NCBI RefSeq assembly: GCF_009831105.1
Contig: NZ_WUUQ01000001.1
Location: 750,001 to 782,000 of the forward strand
DNA: 32,000 nucleotides
Reading direction: 5' to 3'
DNA from: Copranaerobaculum intestinale
GTDB taxonomy: Bacteria; Bacillota_I; Bacilli_A; Erysipelotrichales; Erysipelotrichaceae
Positions 27,654-32,000 of this stretch are shown one piece after another (within the stretch, counting starts at the first letter, position 1; every line of letters starts with the position of its first letter). A program made the translations under genes and the position numbers. The notes under the pieces were generated by a model that did not search any database, was not told the DNA's origin, and saw only the letters and a list, made by a program, of their open reading frames with translations.

Positions 27654-28085
27654 ATGACAAGTGAATTTACGATTGCACTGCATGCATTGGTATTTTTGAA
27701 TCATCATGACAAAACGATGACCAGTGATGAAATTGCTGTCAATGTCTGTACCAACCCTGCCAGGGTTCGTAAGGTCTTATCAAAACTAAAAAAGGCTGAT
27801 CTGTTGGAAACTCGCGAAGGTTCCCGTGACGGCGGTTATCGATTTCATCATAAAAGTGAATCAGTTACTTTACTGATGGTCTATCAAGCGCTTCATGAAC
27901 GCATCATATCAAACTCTTGGCATTCAGGAAGCATGGATATCGGATGTCTGATTTCATCTAATATGGCAGCGATCATGGATGACATCGTACTGGAACTGGA
28001 TGAAGCGTGCCGGAATAAATTGTCTGAAATAACCATTAAAGATGTAAATGATAAAATATTTGGAAAGAGAGGAATTGAAGTATGA
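27654..28085 (+). CDS. Rrf2-family transcriptional regulator
   Basis: N-terminal wHTH FTIALHALVFLNHH....TSDEIA..V.TNPARVRKVLS.LKKA.L. Start is moved to MTSEF behind AAAGGAG. ATGA overlap with the next gene. Confidence 0.8.
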   Translation: MTSEFTIALHALVFLNHHDKTMTSDEIAVNVCTNPARVRKVLSKLKKADLLETREGSRDGGYRFHHKSESVTLLMVYQALHERIISNSWHSGSMDIGCLISSNMAAIMDDIVLELDEACRNKLSEITIKDVNDKIFGKRGIEV

Positions 28086-29440
28086 AACAATTCGATTCGA
28101 TTATTATTGGATTTGGAAAAGGTGGTAAAACCTTAGCCGGACATTTAGCAAAACAGGGAAAAAAAGTTGCGGTGATTGAGAAATCAGATATGATGTATGG
28201 CGGTACCTGTATCAATGTCGGATGTATTCCGTCCAAATCATTGGTACACAGCGCTGCTGAAAGTAAACTGCATAACGATGTTTCCTTTACGGAAAAGGCA
28301 GTGTTATATAGAAAAGCAATTGAAGAAAAGCGGAGTCTTACTGCTAAACTGCGTAAAAAGAATTATCATAAACTGTCTGATCATCCTAATATTACGGTTA
28401 TTAATGGAGAAGCGAGCTTTTTAAGCTCTACTTCAATAGCGGTAAAGCAAGAAGAAGGAATCGAAGAACTGCAGGCACCCAATATTTTTATCAATACCGG
28501 TTCCTCATCTGTAATCCCTGCAATTAAAGGAATTGATAATAATCCATATGTGTTTTACAGTGATACCTTAATGAATCTCGATAAACTGCCTAAGCATCTA
28601 ATCATCATCGGCGGTGGTTATATCGGTTTGGAATTTGCATCTATGTATGCGAATTTCGGTTCTAAGGTTACGGTGCTGCAGCATGGTGGAATATTTCTTC
28701 CCAAAGAAGATGAGGATATTGCGGCAGAAATTCGCGGTAATCTGGAAGCACAGGGAATTCAGTTTCTGCTGAATGCGGACACTCAGGAAATCACCTCTGA
28801 TGGAAATGTTTTGGTAGAAGTGGCAGGTTCATTGACCGCCTTGTCAGCAGATGCTGTATTGATTGCGGTTGGGCGCAGAGCAAACGTGGAAGGACTACAT
28901 CTGGAAGCAGCCGGTGTTGAACAAACTGAACGAGGAGCGGTCAAGACCAATGAATGGCGGCAGACGACAGCTGAAAACATATTTGCGATGGGTGATGTTG
29001 TAGGTGGTCTTCAATTTACGTATGTATCGCTGGACGATTACCGCATTGTTTCAAATTATCTCGATGGTAAAAAAACTTACAGTGAAAAATCACGACAGCA
29101 TGTACCATATAGCGTATTCATGGAAATTCCGTTTTCAAGAGTAGGTATGAATGAGCGTGAGGCAAAGCAAGCCGGTTTTGAAATAAAAGTTATGAAACTG
29201 CCGGCAATGGCGATTCCAAAGGCGCAAGTGCTGAAGAAACCGGCAGGATTATTGAAAGCAGTCATCGATGTAGAGACAAATAAGATTTTAGGTGCAATGC
29301 TTTTATGTGAAGAATCTTACGAGATGATCAACCTTGTCAAGCTGGCGATGGATCTGAACGCAGATTATACTGTTTTGAGAGATCAAATATTTACACATCC
29401 GACGATGAGTGAAGCGCTGAATGATTTATTTTCAATGTAA
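28082..29440 (+). CDS. rclA: Class I pyridine nucleotide-disulfide oxidoreductase, RclA/YkgC-like
   Basis: IIIGFGKGGKTLA FAD site, redox-active GGTCINVGCIPSK, second Rossmann IIGGGYIGLEF, and C-terminal dimerisation domain with HPTMSE. The N-terminus closely resembles E. coli RclA as I remember it. Confidence 0.75.
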   Translation: MKQFDSIIIGFGKGGKTLAGHLAKQGKKVAVIEKSDMMYGGTCINVGCIPSKSLVHSAAESKLHNDVSFTEKAVLYRKAIEEKRSLTAKLRKKNYHKLSDHPNITVINGEASFLSSTSIAVKQEEGIEELQAPNIFINTGSSSVIPAIKGIDNNPYVFYSDTLMNLDKLPKHLIIIGGGYIGLEFASMYANFGSKVTVLQHGGIFLPKEDEDIAAEIRGNLEAQGIQFLLNADTQEITSDGNVLVEVAGSLTALSADAVLIAVGRRANVEGLHLEAAGVEQTERGAVKTNEWRQTTAENIFAMGDVVGGLQFTYVSLDDYRIVSNYLDGKKTYSEKSRQHVPYSVFMEIPFSRVGMNEREAKQAGFEIKVMKLPAMAIPKAQVLKKPAGLLKAVIDVETNKILGAMLLCEESYEMINLVKLAMDLNADYTVLRDQIFTHPTMSEALNDLFSM

Positions 29441-29469
29441 ATGATAGTATGGAAGGATATTATTAACAT

Positions 29470-29498
29470 CGCAGTTCTTGAAAGAACTGCGTTTTTTT
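29470..29498 (+). terminator. Rho-independent terminator
   Basis: CGCAGTTC-TTGAAA-GAACTGCG followed by a T7 run. Confidence 0.85.
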
Positions 29499-29629
29499 AT
29501 GTGTTATAAATGATCAGTTGCATCATGAGAATCATCTGCGTTGTTTTGAAAGAGTATTACAGGTCATAAGGTAATTTATAGCATGTAAATAAAGAAACAT
29601 GGGGAAATTCACTTTTTAGAAAAAACCTC

Positions 29630-29660
29630 TTGCTTTGGAGTGAACTCCAGGATGTATAAT
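29630..29660 (+). promoter_or_regulatory. MerR-type promoter: -35 TTGCTT, 19-nt spacer containing dyad TGGAGT-GA-ACTCCA, -10 TATAAT
   Basis: -35 at 29630-29635, dyad at 29636-29649, -10 at 29655-29660. An over-long 19-nt spacer carrying a dyad is the classic MerR-family arrangement. Confidence 0.5.
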
Positions 29661-29768
29661 GCAAACAAGCAAGAAAAGCTGGCTGATAATGTGAAAGATA
29701 GCTTAGAAATGTGTGATAGCAATATAGTATTCGAATGTATTTGAAAATGATTAAAAGGAGGGCATTAC

Positions 29769-29921
29769 ATGGTAATTCAACAAAGCGCAAGCAGAGAAGC
29801 CTTAGGAGAATTTGTATCACAGTTTGTGGTCTTAAATGACGATGTATTGTTCAAAAAGGTTTGGTCAAGGGAAGAGGAGCTTTCACTGCGTGAATGTTCT
29901 TTGATGAAGACCAGTTTCTAA
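29769..29921 (+). pseudogene. Truncated carboxymuconolactone decarboxylase (CMD/AhpD-like) family gene
   Basis: My translation is MVIQQSASREALGEFVSQFVVLNDDVLFKKVWSREEELSLRECSLMKTSF*. It matches the CMD N-terminal pattern (F..LNDDVLF..VWSR..LSLRE.SL) but stops at 50 aa, where the CxxC/helical core should follow. RBS AAGGAGG. Confidence 0.55.
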
Positions 29922-29956
29922 AAGATTGTTATCAAGCAAAAAAAAGGAGAGAAATT

Positions 29957-30436
29957 ATGAGTAGAAAATTAGTAGCATACTTTAGTGCAAGTGGTGTCAC
30001 TGCACAGCTGGCGGCGGAGCTGGCATCAGCAGTAAATGGAGATCTGCATGAAATACTTCCAAAGGAGCCGTATACACCGGCAGATCTGGATTGGACGAAT
30101 GAGCTGAGCAGATCTAGTAAGGAAATGAAGAATAAGACCTATCGACCGGCAATAGCGAATACGGTAACGGATATGGAATCCTACGATGTAATCTACATAG
30201 GCTTTCCAATTTGGTGGTATGTCGCTCCGACCATTATCAATACGTTTTTAGAAGGTTACGATCTGGTTGGCAAAACGATCATACCGTTTGCGACATCCGG
30301 CGGCAGCAAAATGGATAATGTGAATCATGAGCTTGTCGGTTCTGTAAAAGGAGCAGATCTGAAGATCGGCAGACGATTTGAAGCAAGGGTGAGTGAGAAA
30401 GAACTGCAGGCTTGGGCCAAGTCGGCAGAAGTATAA
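29957..30436 (+). CDS. Flavodoxin
   Basis: LVAYFSASGVT FMN-phosphate loop and IGFPIWWYVAPTIINTFLE. Start is moved to MSRKL behind AAGGAGAG. Confidence 0.85.
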   Translation: MSRKLVAYFSASGVTAQLAAELASAVNGDLHEILPKEPYTPADLDWTNELSRSSKEMKNKTYRPAIANTVTDMESYDVIYIGFPIWWYVAPTIINTFLEGYDLVGKTIIPFATSGGSKMDNVNHELVGSVKGADLKIGRRFEARVSEKELQAWAKSAEV

Positions 30437-30452
30437 AGAGAGGGTGTTTAAT

Positions 30453-30992
30453 ATGAATAAAAATGTCTTGGTTATATCATCCAGCCTGCGGAAAAACAGC
30501 AATTCAGAATGTTTAGCAGATGCCTGTATCCGTGGTGCAAAAGAAGCAGGTAATATTGTGGAAAAGGTGGTACTCACCGATAAATCTATTCAGTTTTGCC
30601 AAGGCTGTCTTGCCTGTCTGAAAACCAAACAGTGCATAATTGATGATGACAGCAGAGCAATTACTGAAAAAATGAAGAATGCCGATGTGATCGTATTCGC
30701 ATCTCCGGTTTATTATTTCAGTATCAGCGGACAATTGAAAACACTGCTGGATCGGGCAAATTCTCTGTATGCTTCTGAATATCAGTTCCGTGATATTTAT
30801 TTTCTTTCATCAGCAGCGGAAGATGGTATTCATACGGTGGAAGGGTCGATAAAAACGATTGAGGGATGGGTCGACTGCTTTGATAAAGCTGTGCTGAAAA
30901 AGACTGTTTTTGCCGGTGGTGTTGATGGTGCCGGGGATATTCTTGATCATCCGGCCTTGTTGGAAGCATATGAATTAGGGAAACAAATATAA
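30453..30992 (+). CDS. NADPH-dependent FMN reductase / flavodoxin-like fold protein
   Basis: VLVISSSLRKNSNS, Cys cluster FCQGCLACLKTKQC, and ADVIVFASPVYYFSISGQLK. Start is moved to MNKNVL. Confidence 0.8.
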   Translation: MNKNVLVISSSLRKNSNSECLADACIRGAKEAGNIVEKVVLTDKSIQFCQGCLACLKTKQCIIDDDSRAITEKMKNADVIVFASPVYYFSISGQLKTLLDRANSLYASEYQFRDIYFLSSAAEDGIHTVEGSIKTIEGWVDCFDKAVLKKTVFAGGVDGAGDILDHPALLEAYELGKQI

Positions 30993-31007
30993 AAAGGAGA
31001 GTTAGCT

Positions 31008-32000
31008 ATGAATGATTTCATGTATCATAATCCCGATAAGGTGTATTTTGGCAAAGCGCAGATACAGCACTTACCGGCTGAGCTTCGGCAGTTTGGAAAA
31101 AATGTTCTGCTGGTATACGGAGGCGGATCAATCAAGAAAAACGGTATCTATGATACGGTACTTTCTTGCTTGGTGAAGGAAGGATTCATCTTGACTGAAT
31201 TGTCCGGTGTGGAACCCAATCCTCGTCATACAACTGTTAATCGAGGAGCTGCTATCTGTAAGCAGGCAGATATTGATGTAGTCTTAGCAGTCGGTGGAGG
31301 GAGTACCATTGACTGCGCCAAGGGGATTGCCGCAGCTGCGGAAACTGCGGATGGCAATGTATGGCCGCTGGTTGAACAAAAAATTTGGATCACAAAAGCA
31401 TTGCCGGTCGTTGCCGTTTTGACCAATGCCGCAACGGGATCGGAAATGGATGCATGGGCAGTTATATCCAATATGGATACCAATGAAAAAATCGGCTTGG
31501 GAGGGAGTGCATTGATACCCCGGGCAGCTTTTGAAAATCCGGAATACAGCTATTCCCTTCCCATTTATCAGACAGCCTGCGGCAGCTTTGATATATTTAA
31601 TCATGTTTTGGACAATTACTATTTTTCCCAAGATGCTGCATTTGATATGATTTTGGAATTTCAAGAAGCAGTAATGCGAGCGGTTGTAAAATGGGCACCG
31701 ATTGCAATGAAAGAACCGCAGAATTATGAAGCGAGAGCGAATCTGATGTGGGCATCTTCCTTGGCACTCAACGGTATACTTGATGCGGGAATGATGCATG
31801 ATTGTGCCTGTCATGCCATGGAGCATGAGTTGTCTGCTTATTATGATATAACCCATGGTCATGGATTGGCAATCCTGACACCGCGCTGGCTGACCTATCT
31901 ATTAGATGAAGAAACGGCGCCGGCAATTCATCGTCTTGGGACCGCGGTATTCGGTATAGAAAAAGCCATACGCCCGATGATTGGTGCGAAACAAACGATC
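31008..32000 (+). CDS. Iron-containing alcohol dehydrogenase (butanol dehydrogenase/YqhD-like), 3' end outside window
   Basis: My translation is MNDFMYHNPDKVYFGKAQ...VLLVYGGGSIKKNG...LAVGGGSTIDCAKGIA...HAMEHELSAYYDITHGHGLAI (Fe-ADH signatures). RBS AAGGAGAG. The frame is open to the window end, which is why the ORF track does not list it. Confidence 0.88.
   Translation, partial: MNDFMYHNPDKVYFGKAQIQHLPAELRQFGKNVLLVYGGGSIKKNGIYDTVLSCLVKEGFILTELSGVEPNPRHTTVNRGAAICKQADIDVVLAVGGGSTIDCAKGIAAAAETADGNVWPLVEQKIWITKALPVVAVLTNAATGSEMDAWAVISNMDTNEKIGLGGSALIPRAAFENPEYSYSLPIYQTACGSFDIFNHVLDNYYFSQDAAFDMILEFQEAVMRAVVKWAPIAMKEPQNYEARANLMWASSLALNGILDAGMMHDCACHAMEHELSAYYDITHGHGLAILTPRWLTYLLDEETAPAIHRLGTAVFGIEKAIRPMIGAKQTI

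Noticed and set aside
29557-29820. 87-aa minus-strand ORF across the MerR-type promoter region, considered as the missing divergent regulator.
   Set aside because: It has no HTH or MerR motifs, a Leu/Cys/Phe-rich composition and no RBS. It also overlaps the CMD remnant start.
31284-31862. 192-aa minus-strand ORF. Also antisense ORFs at 5452-5856, 6373-6802, 7251-7607, 8743-9279 and 25058-25443.
   Set aside because: All are embedded antisense in CDSs with unambiguous family signatures (Fe-ADH, gatA, gatB, rlmD, GGDEF).

Overview
This looks like a Bacillota-type chromosomal segment in three parts. All family calls come from motifs read by eye; no BLAST or HMM search was run. (1) Bases 1-10.2 kb are a conserved housekeeping block on the + strand: pcrA (5'-partial), ligA, camS-like lipoprotein, gatC, gatA, gatB, a small membrane protein and rlmD/rumA. 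(2) Bases ~10168-22835 are a visibly more AT-rich integrative element of about 12.7 kb, inserted in the 3' end of rlmD. Its large serine recombinase (21184-22863) sits at the right junction, and an identical 8-bp core GAGACGGT is present at both junctions. The backbone carries TnpV, a Cys-rich ORF, a RepA_N-like protein, a ParB-like protein and an iteron-like repeat array. The cargo is a 7.2-kb minus-strand defence block: AbiEi/AbiEii, a 57-codon HsdM N-terminal remnant, a Type III-like Mod (DPPY ... FFAGSGTT) and a 962-aa Res-like helicase-nuclease. Related palindromic hairpins in inverted orientation flank this cargo. (3) Bases 22.9-32 kb hold accessory and stress genes: an NTF2/SnoaL-like protein, a multi-PAS GGDEF diguanylate cyclase, a GNAT, a DJ-1/PfpI protein, an Rrf2 regulator with an RclA-like disulfide oxidoreductase, then a MerR-style promoter followed by a truncated CMD gene, flavodoxin, FMN reductase and an Fe-alcohol dehydrogenase (3'-partial). 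The best candidates for something new are architectural rather than a new protein family. They are the stacked AbiE + hsdM' + Type III-like block bounded by hairpin repeats, the in-frame exchange of C-terminal tails between rlmD and the recombinase across the att sites, and the duplicated promoter modules at both element ends. I cannot show from sequence alone that any component is a previously undescribed family.
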